Below are positions 21,120 to 30,445 of a stretch of 64,000 nucleotides of DNA, piece by piece. The stretch's first letter is position 1. Every line of letters begins with the position of its first letter. The notes beneath the pieces were generated by a model. The model searched no databases, was not told the origin of the DNA, and saw nothing but the letters and a program-made list of their open reading frames with translations. The position numbers and the translations under genes are program-made. This DNA comes from an uncultured Gemmatimonadaceae bacterium (lineage in GTDB: Bacteria; Gemmatimonadota; Gemmatimonadetes; Gemmatimonadales; Gemmatimonadaceae). Where the stretch lies: NCBI GenBank assembly GCA_963761305.1, contig CAVXGK010000002.1, positions 2,880,001 through 2,944,000 of the forward strand. The letters are read 5' to 3'.

Positions 21120-21485
21120 TCACTCGTCACGCACGAGCGCCAGGATCGCCGCTTGGGGCACGACGAGATAGCGGTCGCCTTCGAAAGTGATCTCGACCGC
21201 CGCCTTGCGGAAAAAGAGCGCGTAGTCGCCGGTCTTGGCCTGCATCGGAACGAACCGTGTTGCCCGTTCGCCCGCGCCGGTCTGCCACGGTTCGTCGGAG
21301 AACGAATCGAGGCTCGGCATCGGAAGACCCGGGCCGGTCGCCACGATCTTGCCGCCCTGCACCGCCTGGTTGTCGATCGCCGTCGGAGGAAGGTACAACC
21401 CGACGGTCGTACGTTCCTCGCCTTCCTCCACGCGCACCAGCACGCGGTCGCCGACGACGATGAGCTCTTTGTCTCGCTTGATCAT
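21120..21485 (-). CDS. groES: GroES/Cpn10 family co-chaperonin (stand-alone)
   Basis: GDRVLV....E.RT..GLYLP, G.IVATGPG, GD..LF and Y.VV...AILA motifs; AGGAG RBS. Confidence 0.82.
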   Translation of the reverse strand: MIKRDKELIVVGDRVLVRVEEGEERTTVGLYLPPTAIDNQAVQGGKIVATGPGLPMPSLDSFSDEPWQTGAGERATRFVPMQAKTGDYALFFRKAAVEITFEGDRYLVVPQAAILALVRDE

Positions 21486-21527
21486 GGGTCGCTCCTGACT
21501 CAGGTGCTTTGGCGGATCCGTCAAAAG

Positions 21528-22871
21528 TTACTCTGCGGGAATAGGGGTGGTCGGGTTGGGCCGGGCGAGCCGGAACACAGGGTAGCTCACCACGAGAATT
21601 CCCAGGGCGAAAAGGCTGTTTCGGCGGTCCTCGACGACGGCGCTGACCAGGAACCCCAGCGATCCCAGCAACACGAGCCCCGTCGTCCACGGATAGCCGA
21701 CCGTCCGATACGGCCGTGCGCGTTGCGGCTCGCGAATGCGCAAGCGAATCAGGCCGAGGAAGGACATGCTGTAGTTCGCGACGAAAAAGAACGCCGCGAT
21801 CGCAATCATCGTCTCGAAGGTGCCGGTCGCCAGAAATCCAATCGTGATGATTCCCGTCGCGACCAGCGAGACGACGGGCGTCCCTTTCGGGTTCACCCGT
21901 GCCGCGACCGGGATCCCCAGGCCGTCGCGACTCATCGAGAACAGCGTGCGCGAGGCCATCAGAATGCACGCGTTCACGGCGCTCGGCAGCGACACGATCA
22001 CGAGGAGCTGCACGATGCGCTCGCCGCCTGCGCCGAGGATGGCGTTGGCGACCGTTCCCGCCGCCAGCTTCGAGCCGGCGAGCGTGGAGAGCGGAAGGAC
22101 ATGAAGAAAGGCGATGTTGATGAGCAGATAGATCGCTGCCACGCCCGCCAAGCCGTAGAACATCGAGCGAGGAATCTGGTGCGCCGGGTCGTTCAGCTCT
22201 TCCGAGAAGTAGATCGGTCCGGTCCAGCCGTCGTACGCGTAGATCACTGACTGCGCGGCCAGGAGAAACGCGGCGAAATGAAACCCGCTCGGCGCAGACG
22301 ATGCAGCGGCGGCCGGCGGCGCGGCGCCACGTGCGTCGAACGCGAAGCACGCGACGACGAGCGCGACGAGCGCCACGGCCTTGAGGAGGCTGGTCAACTG
22401 CTGTGCGCGATCGCCGCGACGTGTTCCGCCCAACAAAAGCAGCGTGAACGCCGCGGTGACAACCATCGCGATCGGCGCGACGCCCGATGTCACTCCAATG
22501 AAACCGACGACCGACTCTCCGATGACCGTGGCAATTGCCGCTGTCGAGGCGCACGTCGAGACCCAGTCCATCCACCCGGCGACGAACCCGACGTAATCGC
22601 CGAAGATGTCGTGCGCGAAGACGTATTGTCCTCCGCTCCTCGGCATCATCGTCCCGAGCTCGGCCAGCGCGTTGGCGCCGAGCAGCGCGTAGAGCCCGCC
22701 GATGACCCAGATGCCGATGAAGCCGAGCGCGTTCGGTAGATAGCCCGCGATCTCGCCCGGCGTGCGCAGGATTCCCGCACCGATCGTATTGCCGATCGTC
22801 ACAGCCAGGCCGAAGGTTAGGCCGAGCATCTGGACGAGGGATTGCTTGGATCGGCTGGGCTCGGTCACCAC
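21528..22871 (-). CDS. APC family amino-acid permease
   Basis: IGAGI..TPG, AELGTMMP.SGG.Y, YAYDGW and R.RPY...GYP motifs; about 12 TM segments. Confidence 0.9.
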   Translation of the reverse strand: MVTEPSRSKQSLVQMLGLTFGLAVTIGNTIGAGILRTPGEIAGYLPNALGFIGIWVIGGLYALLGANALAELGTMMPRSGGQYVFAHDIFGDYVGFVAGWMDWVSTCASTAAIATVIGESVVGFIGVTSGVAPIAMVVTAAFTLLLLGGTRRGDRAQQLTSLLKAVALVALVVACFAFDARGAAPPAAAASSAPSGFHFAAFLLAAQSVIYAYDGWTGPIYFSEELNDPAHQIPRSMFYGLAGVAAIYLLINIAFLHVLPLSTLAGSKLAAGTVANAILGAGGERIVQLLVIVSLPSAVNACILMASRTLFSMSRDGLGIPVAARVNPKGTPVVSLVATGIITIGFLATGTFETMIAIAAFFFVANYSMSFLGLIRLRIREPQRARPYRTVGYPWTTGLVLLGSLGFLVSAVVEDRRNSLFALGILVVSYPVFRLARPNPTTPIPAE

Positions 22872-22934
22872 GCAAACGATCGCTCTCGGACGGCGTGACG
22901 GCTAGAAGCCGGACCGGTGGACGAAGTCGACCAC

Positions 22935-22982
22935 AAAAAATCAGCGGGATGGACCGTATCCAACCGGCACACCCCGCTGATT
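22935..22982 (-). terminator. Rho-independent terminator
   Basis: Minus strand AATCAGCGGG...CCCGCTGA stem followed by T6. Confidence 0.75.
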
Positions 22983-23070
22983 GTGCTTTCGGAGATCAGG
23001 CCGACCCCCACCCGAGTCAACGCAACCTCAACGAAAGCGACCTTCTGTTGTCCACCGACGATCAGTACAC
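22935..23070 (-). ncRNA. Candidate ECF-sigma-dependent small RNA (~135 nt)
   Basis: Bounded by an AGGGTT-N13-TTGTC motif and an intrinsic terminator; only very short ORFs on the minus strand. Confidence 0.45.
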
Positions 23071-23077
23071 GCTTCTA

Positions 23078-23101
23078 GACAAGGACGTTGGGGCGAACCC
23101 T
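23078..23101 (-). promoter_or_regulatory. Putative ECF sigma promoter, copy 3
   Basis: AGGGTT-cgccccaacgtcc-TTGTC; same 13-nt spacing as copies 1 and 2. Confidence 0.55.
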
Positions 23102-23114
23102 GACGTTTTTCTCG

Positions 23115-24029
23115 TTACTGGCAATTAAGATGTCCAAACGGTAGGGGCAGCGTGCAGTTCTGCGTATTGCCGTCTTCGGTGATCACGACCTTCGCCGTCG
23201 CCGAACCGTCGTACGTGATGACTTCGCGTCGCGAAGACGTGGCCGGCGACTGGCCCGAGAGCGTCATCGTCACCGACATCGAGCGGATGATCGTGCCCGC
23301 GGTCGGATACGGCGGATGGCTCAACGCCGCGGTGCCGACAGGGATCACGATGCCGGTGATGGTGTCGCCGGCCATGCGCTGCGCGGTGAACGCTCCCATC
23401 GACGAGGTGCCCGTCGTGTTTTCCGATCCGGCCGATACGCCGTCGACCTTTCGTTGCGTGCTGCCCCGCGCGAGACCACTGATCGTCTGACTGCTCGATT
23501 CGTTCACGTGCGTCGTGTCGCCGTCGTGGCGCGTCACTGTGCCCGTGACGCTGAAAGTGGAGACGAGGGTGTTCGTCGTGCTGTCGAATTTCGACTGCGG
23601 AGCGCCGCTCGCGTCGGTGAGCAAGTAGGTGCGAGTGACCGTGAGGCCGTTGTGCGCCTCTTTCGCGCACGTCACGACACCCGTGCTAGCGGACGTACAC
23701 GCGTTGCCTCGCATGACCACCCCGAGGCCGAAGCCGAGGAACGGCTGGCCCAGACCGCCCATGAATCCGATGCCGAAGCCGGCGCCGTGACCGAACAGGA
23801 AACGCGACAGCGGCCCGCGCCCTTCGAACAGCGGCGAGAACGGGTTATCGGTGTCCGAGGCATCGAAGCTGGTACTCAGATCGGAAAAGCCGGGCGGCAC
23901 GGTGGAGAACGCGGACGACGCGTCCAACAACGCCGCGCTGCCGCTATTCGGCGCGCTGCTGGAATCGCTGCTGCACGCGACGGTCACGGCGGCGGCGGCG
24001 AGGCAGGTCACGGTCACAATTCGTTTCAT
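23115..24029 (-). CDS. Ser/Thr/Gly-rich hypothetical lipoprotein
   Basis: Lipobox TVAC; beta-rich body; two Cys pairs. Confidence 0.75.
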   Translation of the reverse strand: MKRIVTVTCLAAAAVTVACSSDSSSAPNSGSAALLDASSAFSTVPPGFSDLSTSFDASDTDNPFSPLFEGRGPLSRFLFGHGAGFGIGFMGGLGQPFLGFGLGVVMRGNACTSASTGVVTCAKEAHNGLTVTRTYLLTDASGAPQSKFDSTTNTLVSTFSVTGTVTRHDGDTTHVNESSSQTISGLARGSTQRKVDGVSAGSENTTGTSSMGAFTAQRMAGDTITGIVIPVGTAALSHPPYPTAGTIIRSMSVTMTLSGQSPATSSRREVITYDGSATAKVVITEDGNTQNCTLPLPFGHLNCQ

Positions 24030-24059
24030 GGCTCACGTCCTTTGTCGAGTCCGAATGCA

Positions 24060-24083
24060 GACACGGCCTGCGTCTGCTACCCT
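24060..24083 (-). promoter_or_regulatory. Putative ECF sigma promoter, copy 2
   Basis: AGGGTA-gcagacgcaggcc-GTGTC, 30 nt upstream of the lipoprotein ATG. Confidence 0.6.
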
Positions 24084-24158
24084 CAGTTTGTCGTTTGGAC
24101 CGGCCCAGCGTTAACAAAAAAAACGAAATTCGGTCCCGACACGTTCTCGGACTGTGAC

Positions 24159-24710
24159 TTAGATCGCTGTCGTCTCAGGCAACCACGCGGCGAGGCGGTT
24201 GCGTAAGTGCTTCAGCGCCTTCCCCATCTGCGATTCGACCGTCTTGATCGAGATGCCGAGCGTCTCGGCGATTTCGGCGTAGCGCAATCCCTGTTCCCGG
24301 CTCAGCCGAAATACTTCGCGGCAGGCGGGCGGCAGCTCGGCGACCGCGGTCGTGATGGCGTCGCGCAGCTCCGCGGCGACGAGGCCCGAGGTTCCGGCCG
24401 CGGCGACGCTTTCTTCGCCGATGAGATGGGGTTCGGCGCGCTTCTGTACATTGGCGTGGCGAATCTGGTTCAACGCGCGATTGCGCGTGGACCGCACCAG
24501 GTAGGCGCGCAACGACTCCTGGATCATCACGGTTTGCCGGCGCCGCCAGAGCTCCAGCATCACTTCCTGTACGACGTCCTCGCTCGCGCTTCGATCATGC
24601 AACAGGCTCTGGGCCAGGATGACGAGGGCGGGGTAGTGCGTTCGGAAGATCGTGTCGAAGGCCGCCTGGTCGTCTCCTTTCAGGCGGTCGAGAAGCGCTC
24701 GGTCATCCAT
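24159..24710 (-). CDS. ECF RNA polymerase sigma-70 factor (FecI-like)
   Basis: Region 2 EDVVQEVMLELW...RNRALN; region 4 LP..CREVF.LSR..GLRYAEIA..LGISIKTVESQM. Confidence 0.93.
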   Translation of the reverse strand: MDDRALLDRLKGDDQAAFDTIFRTHYPALVILAQSLLHDRSASEDVVQEVMLELWRRRQTVMIQESLRAYLVRSTRNRALNQIRHANVQKRAEPHLIGEESVAAAGTSGLVAAELRDAITTAVAELPPACREVFRLSREQGLRYAEIAETLGISIKTVESQMGKALKHLRNRLAAWLPETTAI

Positions 24711-24838
24711 GCCCGTATCGTGGGGCAGGACAAGCGCTCCAGGACGAGCTCAATCGCCGGCCAACTGTCCGCGGCAGCGTGGTTTCCGTATACTCCCGTC
24801 TCCGCGGGTGGACCGTGATCGGGGCCATGATTCGCATA

Positions 24839-24862
24839 AGGGTATACGTTTTCCGACGTGTC
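24839..24862 (+). promoter_or_regulatory. Putative ECF sigma promoter, copy 1
   Basis: AGGGTA-tacgttttccgac-GTGTC, 8 nt upstream of the FecR ATG (possibly leaderless). Confidence 0.6.
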
Positions 24863-24870
24863 GATAGGCC

Positions 24871-25941
24871 ATGACCGACGACGCTCATCACCAGTCCGGT
24901 ACGTCCGATTTCGTCCCGGATTGGGACATGCTCGCACGTTTCGTCGCCGGTGAAAGCTCGGTCGACGAAATCTCGCACGTCACCCAATGGCTGGACGCGA
25001 ATCCCGCCGAGCGGGCGTTGCTGGAGCGCTTGACCGAAGTCACCGCGGCAACCTCCGCGCCGGATGTCGACGTCGAGGCCGCGTTGGAACGGGTCCACGC
25101 ACGGATGGGTCAGGCCGCGACGCTGTCGATCGCCGAGAGGCCGACGCGGCGATCCTGGCGGCCGATGGCTTCGATTGCCCTGCTCGCCGCGGCCGCGGCG
25201 ATCGGGTTTCTCGTCGTATCGAAGCGGAAGGCCGGATCGTTCCGTGACAAGGCGGCCACGACGGTCGCGTCGCGCACGTACATGACGAGCTATGGCCAGC
25301 GCGACTCGATCGATCTGGGCGATGGCTCGCGCGTGGTGCTCGGACCCGACAGCCGCCTGACCGTTTCCGGCGGCTTCGGAACCAAGTCGCGGTCCGTCGA
25401 GTTGCGTGGAGACGCGTATTTTGACGTGCGCCATGACTCAGCGAATCCCTTCGCCGTGCGGGTTGGTTCGGCCCTCATTCAGGACGTCGGCACGACGTTC
25501 ACCGTCGAGAGCGACGACGCCAACGCGACCGTGGTGACCGTTGTAACTGGGAGTGTGCGGCTGCGGACCATGCAATCCGCGGCCAGTGCGGGCGTCGTTC
25601 TTGCTGCGGGGGAGCGTGGATCAATCGACGACGCGGGGCGTACCAGCATGGAGCGCTCGCCCTCGCCCGACGATGACGTTGCCTGGACGACGGGCAAGCT
25701 CGTGTTCCGCGACGCACTCTTGTCGCGCGTGGCGGCCGAGGTTCATCGCTGGTACGGAGTTCGATTGCACGTGGATGACCCATCGCTCTTGTCGCACCAT
25801 GTCACGACGACTCTGCTCACGAATCAATCGGCGGATGAGGTGCTTCACATTCTCGAGCTCGAGCTCGGCGTGCGAATCGAGCGTCAAGGCGACTCGGCGG
25901 TGGTCATGAACGGACGGAGCTCCGTGTCCCCGCCCCGGTGA
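24871..25941 (+). CDS. FecR family anti-sigma/transmembrane sensor
   Basis: One TM; T..GQR..I.L.DGSRV.L...S, RSVEL.GDAYFDV.HD, VGT.F.V and W..GKLVF motifs. Confidence 0.92.
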   Translation: MTDDAHHQSGTSDFVPDWDMLARFVAGESSVDEISHVTQWLDANPAERALLERLTEVTAATSAPDVDVEAALERVHARMGQAATLSIAERPTRRSWRPMASIALLAAAAAIGFLVVSKRKAGSFRDKAATTVASRTYMTSYGQRDSIDLGDGSRVVLGPDSRLTVSGGFGTKSRSVELRGDAYFDVRHDSANPFAVRVGSALIQDVGTTFTVESDDANATVVTVVTGSVRLRTMQSAASAGVVLAAGERGSIDDAGRTSMERSPSPDDDVAWTTGKLVFRDALLSRVAAEVHRWYGVRLHVDDPSLLSHHVTTTLLTNQSADEVLHILELELGVRIERQGDSAVVMNGRSSVSPPR

Positions 25942-28478
25942 TCGCCACGCGTTCGCGGGTATGCTATCTCAGCGCGAGCACCGTAATGGTGCTCGCGTTC
26001 GCGCGTTCAATGGACGCTCAAACGCGCGCGTGTCAGGCGACGCCCGTCGATTCTTCGGCCGCCGCCGCCCCCACGTGGGCGCCCCCGCTGGACCGATCGA
26101 TCAGCCTTCGAGCGATCAATCTTTCGCTGCGCGACGCGCTCGATCGAGTCGCGACGACGGCACGCATCCGCCTGTCGTACAGCGCCGAGCAATTGCCCCT
26201 CGACCGCGTAGTGTGCGTTTCGGCAGAGGGGTCTCAGGCTGGTCGTGTGCTGTCCGATCTGCTGAACGGAACGAACGTCTCGCCGGTCGTCGTCGGCAGC
26301 GATCAGGTCGTTCTCGCGCCGCGGCTGCGGTCGGCCCGATCCGAGGCGCCGCCGATGGCGCCGACGCTCGGCGTGCTCGACCGCGTCGTCGTCACGGGAA
26401 CCGCGACCGGCGCGCCGGCGAAGGAACTGTCCGTCGGACTCGGCGTCGTGAACGGCCGCGCGCTGTCGCGCGACAACACGACTACGATCTCCGACGCGCT
26501 CGACTCGTACGTGCCCGGCATGTGGTCGTGGGCTCAGTCGCCGTCGAGCATGTTGAGCTCGTACGCGAGCATCCGCGGCGCCAGCTCGTTTGGATTGAGC
26601 TATCCAAAGATCTACATCGACGGGATCGAGGTCGCGAACCCGCTGCTGCTCAGCCGCTTCAATCCGGGCGCGATCGATCGCATCGAAGTGGTTCGCGGCC
26701 CGCAAGGTGCCGCGCTCTACGGCGCGGACGCGATCAGCGGCGTGGTGAACATCGTGACGCGTCACGACGGCTCCGACGGCGACGGCCCGCAGGCCGCGAT
26801 CCGCTCGACGGCCGGCGTGTCGCAGAGCTCCTACGCGCGCGACGTCGTGGCGCAGGATCACGCGCTCTCGTTCGTCACCGGCACGAGCACGCGGTCGGCC
26901 GATCTGCACGTGAGCGGGTCGACGCTCGGCGCCTTCGTGCCCAACGGATACAGCCGCGACATCATGGCGTCCGGCGGCGGGCGGATCGTCGGCAGCTCCG
27001 GCACGCTCACGACGACGGCGCGTCTTTTCTTCGAGCAGGCGGGAGTTCCATCGAGCCCGCTGGTGCAAGCGCCGGTGTCCAACTCATCGCCGGGCGGTTC
27101 CTCGTCGATGATGCCGGCCACCAACACCTCGCCGCAGACGGTCACCGAATACACGCTCGGCACGACCGCGATGCGCGCGTCCGATCAGAACACTGTCGAT
27201 TCGTTCATCATCGGCGTCGACGGGTACCGTCTCGCCAACGTCCAGACGAACTACACGCCGGTGCCGAGCATCGTCGACTCGGCGTTGCGCGCGGCGCAGG
27301 GCGGCGCTGACCGCGCGACGCTGCGCGCGACCCGCGTGATTCATTTCCGCGGCGACGATCCGACGCGCGGTTCGCTCACGCTCTCCGCCGAACACGCCAC
27401 GCTGCGCGCGTCAACGGTGGCTTCGTCGGCCTTCATCGTCGGCAGCCGCGGCGTAGGCAGTCAGGGTAGCCCCGGCGGCCCGAACGGCCAAACCGGCCAG
27501 CAGCAGCTGCTCGAGCCGATGGTCAGCTGGCAGAACAGCACTGGTGTCACGGCGCAGGCCAACGCCGCGCTCGACAACGCGCTGTTCTTCACGACGGGCG
27601 TAAGGCTCGAGGAAGACAGCCGCCTCGCTGCCGGCGATCGCGTCGTCAAGCTGCCGATGGTAGGAGTGTCGGGCGTGAACGACTTCGGTCCGTTCACGAT
27701 GAAACTGCGCGCCGCGTACGGCCGCGGCATTCGTCCGCCGAGCACCGCGGAGCGCTGGCAACTGTGGCAGCCGCAGACGGCCTCACAGGCGGCGTTGGGA
27801 CCGGAAGTGCAGTCGGGCACCGAGGTCGGCCTCGACTTGACGTTCCATCGAGCGCTGACGCTGCAGCTCACGCGGTTCGATCAGCGCGCGTCCGGGCTCA
27901 TCCAGCAGGTCCCGTTCGCGTCGGACAGCGCGGTCACCGGCCGGCGGATGGAGTACGTCGCGCAGAACGTCGGCGAGATCTCGAATCAGGGATGGGAGCT
28001 CGGCGCCACGAGCTCGTGGTCGCGGCTGACGATGAACGCGTCGTTCGCCTCCGTAGACAGCCGCGTGCGCCGGTTGGCTGACGGCTACACCGGCGATCTC
28101 GCGACCGGCGATCGAATGCTGCAGGTCCCGGCGATCACGGCGAGCTTCGGCGCCGCGTGGACGGGCGAGACGTGGTCGACGTCCATCGGCGGAACGCGCG
28201 CCTTCGACTGGATCAACTACGACGAGGTGGCGCTCGCGCAGGCCGGGATGTCGGGAACCCAGCCCGTTCAGGGCCTGGTCGGCCCCTCGCTGCGTAGCTA
28301 CTGGCGCCAATACACGGGTGGACTCCACCTCCGCGCGAGCGTCTCGCACGACATCCGGCGCGACTTCGCCGTCGAGATGTCGGGCGACAATCTGCTGAAC
28401 TACCAGCGCGGCGAGCCGGACAACATCACGATCATCCCCGGCCGGACGATCATGACGGGAGTTCGCGTTAACTTCTAG
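25938..28478 (+). CDS. TonB-dependent receptor with N-terminal signalling (STN-like) domain
   Basis: GTGA overlap with fecR; LRDALD.V......LSYS domain; VVVTGT; IYIDG; IEVVRGPQGAALYGADAISGVVNIVT; terminal Phe. Confidence 0.9.
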   Translation: MIATRSRVCYLSASTVMVLAFARSMDAQTRACQATPVDSSAAAAPTWAPPLDRSISLRAINLSLRDALDRVATTARIRLSYSAEQLPLDRVVCVSAEGSQAGRVLSDLLNGTNVSPVVVGSDQVVLAPRLRSARSEAPPMAPTLGVLDRVVVTGTATGAPAKELSVGLGVVNGRALSRDNTTTISDALDSYVPGMWSWAQSPSSMLSSYASIRGASSFGLSYPKIYIDGIEVANPLLLSRFNPGAIDRIEVVRGPQGAALYGADAISGVVNIVTRHDGSDGDGPQAAIRSTAGVSQSSYARDVVAQDHALSFVTGTSTRSADLHVSGSTLGAFVPNGYSRDIMASGGGRIVGSSGTLTTTARLFFEQAGVPSSPLVQAPVSNSSPGGSSSMMPATNTSPQTVTEYTLGTTAMRASDQNTVDSFIIGVDGYRLANVQTNYTPVPSIVDSALRAAQGGADRATLRATRVIHFRGDDPTRGSLTLSAEHATLRASTVASSAFIVGSRGVGSQGSPGGPNGQTGQQQLLEPMVSWQNSTGVTAQANAALDNALFFTTGVRLEEDSRLAAGDRVVKLPMVGVSGVNDFGPFTMKLRAAYGRGIRPPSTAERWQLWQPQTASQAALGPEVQSGTEVGLDLTFHRALTLQLTRFDQRASGLIQQVPFASDSAVTGRRMEYVAQNVGEISNQGWELGATSSWSRLTMNASFASVDSRVRRLADGYTGDLATGDRMLQVPAITASFGAAWTGETWSTSIGGTRAFDWINYDEVALAQAGMSGTQPVQGLVGPSLRSYWRQYTGGLHLRASVSHDIRRDFAVEMSGDNLLNYQRGEPDNITIIPGRTIMTGVRVNF

Positions 28479-28500
28479 CCTCGTGAGATTCCACGAGGAC

Positions 28501-30039
28501 ATGATGACCGCCACCGCGACGAGGACGAACGCGGACGCGTCTCCCGAGACCGCGCTTCCCACAATCGATCACTGGATCGACGGCGCGACGAGTGCCGGCA
28601 CGTCGGACCGATTCGGTCTCGTCTACAATCCCGCGCGCGGCGCGCCCAGTGCGCGCGTGCGCTTCGCGGCGGCGGCGGACGTGGATCGCGCGGTCGACGC
28701 CGCGACGGCGGCCTTCGCGACGTGGAGCCGCGCGGGCCTCGGAAAGCGTGCGACCGTGCTGTTCAAGTTCCGTGAACTCGTCGAGCGGCACGCCGAGGAG
28801 CTGACGCGGTGCATCGTGCGCGAGCACGGCAAAGTGCTCGCCGACGCGCGCGGCGAGGTGCAGCGCGGACTCGAGGTGGTGGAGTTCGCGTGCGGCATCC
28901 CGCATCTCGCCAAGGGCGAATTCTCCGAGAACGTGTCTTCGAACGTCGACAGCTACTCCATTCGACAGCCACTCGGCGTCGTCGCCGGGATCACGCCGTT
29001 CAACTTCCCGGTGATGGTGCCGATGTGGATGTACCCCGTCGCCATCGCCGCGGGGAACGCGTTCATCCTCAAGCCGTCGGAGAAGGATCCCTCGGCATCG
29101 ATGCTGATGGCCGAGCTCTGGCGCGAGGCTGGTTTGCCGGCGGGTGTGTTCAACGTCGTGAACGGCGATCAGGCGGCGGTCGAGCGAATCCTCGAGCATC
29201 CGGGCATCGCGGCGGTGAGCTTTGTCGGATCGACGCCGATCGCGCGCCACATTTACGAGACCGCGACCTCTCACGGCAAGCGAGTGCAGGCGCTCGGCGG
29301 CGCGAAGAATCACATGATCGTGCTGCCCGACGCGGACATGGAGCTCGCGGCGGATTCCGCGGTGAACGCGGCGTTCGGCTCGGCCGGCGAACGATGCATG
29401 GCGATCTCGGTGACGGTCGCGGTGGGAGACGCGGCTGATCGGTTGGTACCGCTCGTCGCGCAGCGAATGCGCGCGATCAGGGTAGGCGACGGCCTCGATC
29501 CGAAGAACGACATGGGCCCGCTGGTGACGAAGCAGCACCTCGACCGCGTGCGTCGCTACGTGGACGAAGGCGTCGCGGCCGGCGCATCATTGGTCGCCGA
29601 CGGACGCGGCACGACGCCGCACGACGGCGATGGGTTCTTCCTCGGGCCGTGCCTGTTCGATCACGTGGGCACGGAGATGTCGATCTATCGCGACGAGATC
29701 TTCGGCCCGGTGTTGTCGGTGGTGCGCGCACGCTCGTACGACGACGCCGTGGCGCTGGTGAACGCGAATCCATACGCGAACGGCGTGGCGATCTTCACGA
29801 ACGACGGCGGCGCGGCGCGACGATTCCAGAACGAAGTGCAGGTAGGGATGGTCGGCATCAACGTGCCGATTCCCGTGCCGATGGCCTACTACTCGTTCGG
29901 CGGATGGAAAGCGTCGTTGTTCGGCGACGCGCACGTGCACGGCATGGAAGGCGTGAAGTTCTACACGCGCGGGAAAGTCGTGACGGCGCGGTGGCCGGAT
30001 CCAAGTCTGCGGGGGAAGAATCTCGGCTTTCCGACCTAG
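28501..30039 (+). CDS. mmsA: CoA-acylating methylmalonate-semialdehyde dehydrogenase
   Basis: ITPFNFP.MVPMW, KPSEKDP, GGAKNH, AGERCMA, DEIFGPV and GINVPIPVP motifs. Confidence 0.92.
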   Translation: MMTATATRTNADASPETALPTIDHWIDGATSAGTSDRFGLVYNPARGAPSARVRFAAAADVDRAVDAATAAFATWSRAGLGKRATVLFKFRELVERHAEELTRCIVREHGKVLADARGEVQRGLEVVEFACGIPHLAKGEFSENVSSNVDSYSIRQPLGVVAGITPFNFPVMVPMWMYPVAIAAGNAFILKPSEKDPSASMLMAELWREAGLPAGVFNVVNGDQAAVERILEHPGIAAVSFVGSTPIARHIYETATSHGKRVQALGGAKNHMIVLPDADMELAADSAVNAAFGSAGERCMAISVTVAVGDAADRLVPLVAQRMRAIRVGDGLDPKNDMGPLVTKQHLDRVRRYVDEGVAAGASLVADGRGTTPHDGDGFFLGPCLFDHVGTEMSIYRDEIFGPVLSVVRARSYDDAVALVNANPYANGVAIFTNDGGAARRFQNEVQVGMVGINVPIPVPMAYYSFGGWKASLFGDAHVHGMEGVKFYTRGKVVTARWPDPSLRGKNLGFPT

Positions 30040-30065
30040 TCCCGGGGAGCAGGGCCCCCGGGGGG

Positions 30066-30342
30066 AACTGCAACAACTGCCAAAACTGCAACTGCTCGAC
30101 GCAGAGACGCAGAGGTTCTCGGACTGCGCTGCGATTTGTGCGCAACGAGCCGAGAATGCTTTGGGAACGGCCGCTCGGGACGCTTCGTAGCGCGGTCCCG
30201 GCATCGGTGACGTCCCGAGCGGCTTTAACAAAAAATCCGCTCGTCGCGGGCCGACGCAAGCTGGTGTGCAGTTCTCTGCGTCTCTCTTTCACCTCTGCGT
30301 CTCTGCGTCGAGTCGTTGCTGTTCGCAGTTGCGGTTGCCGTT
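30066..30342. repeat. Nested palindromic (MITE/REP-like) element, copy B
   Basis: Perfect 22-bp inverted repeat 30095-30116/30291-30312; inner 13-bp inverted repeat; flanking AACTGC/GCAGTT repeats. Confidence 0.8.
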
Positions 30343-30445
30343 CAGTCAGCCCACCCGAACACAACACTTACATCTAAACGCGTTGACCGTGCTCGCGCGC
30401 GCGAGATCTTGTCGTGAGTCTCACTCACCGCCATCGAGGGCTACA

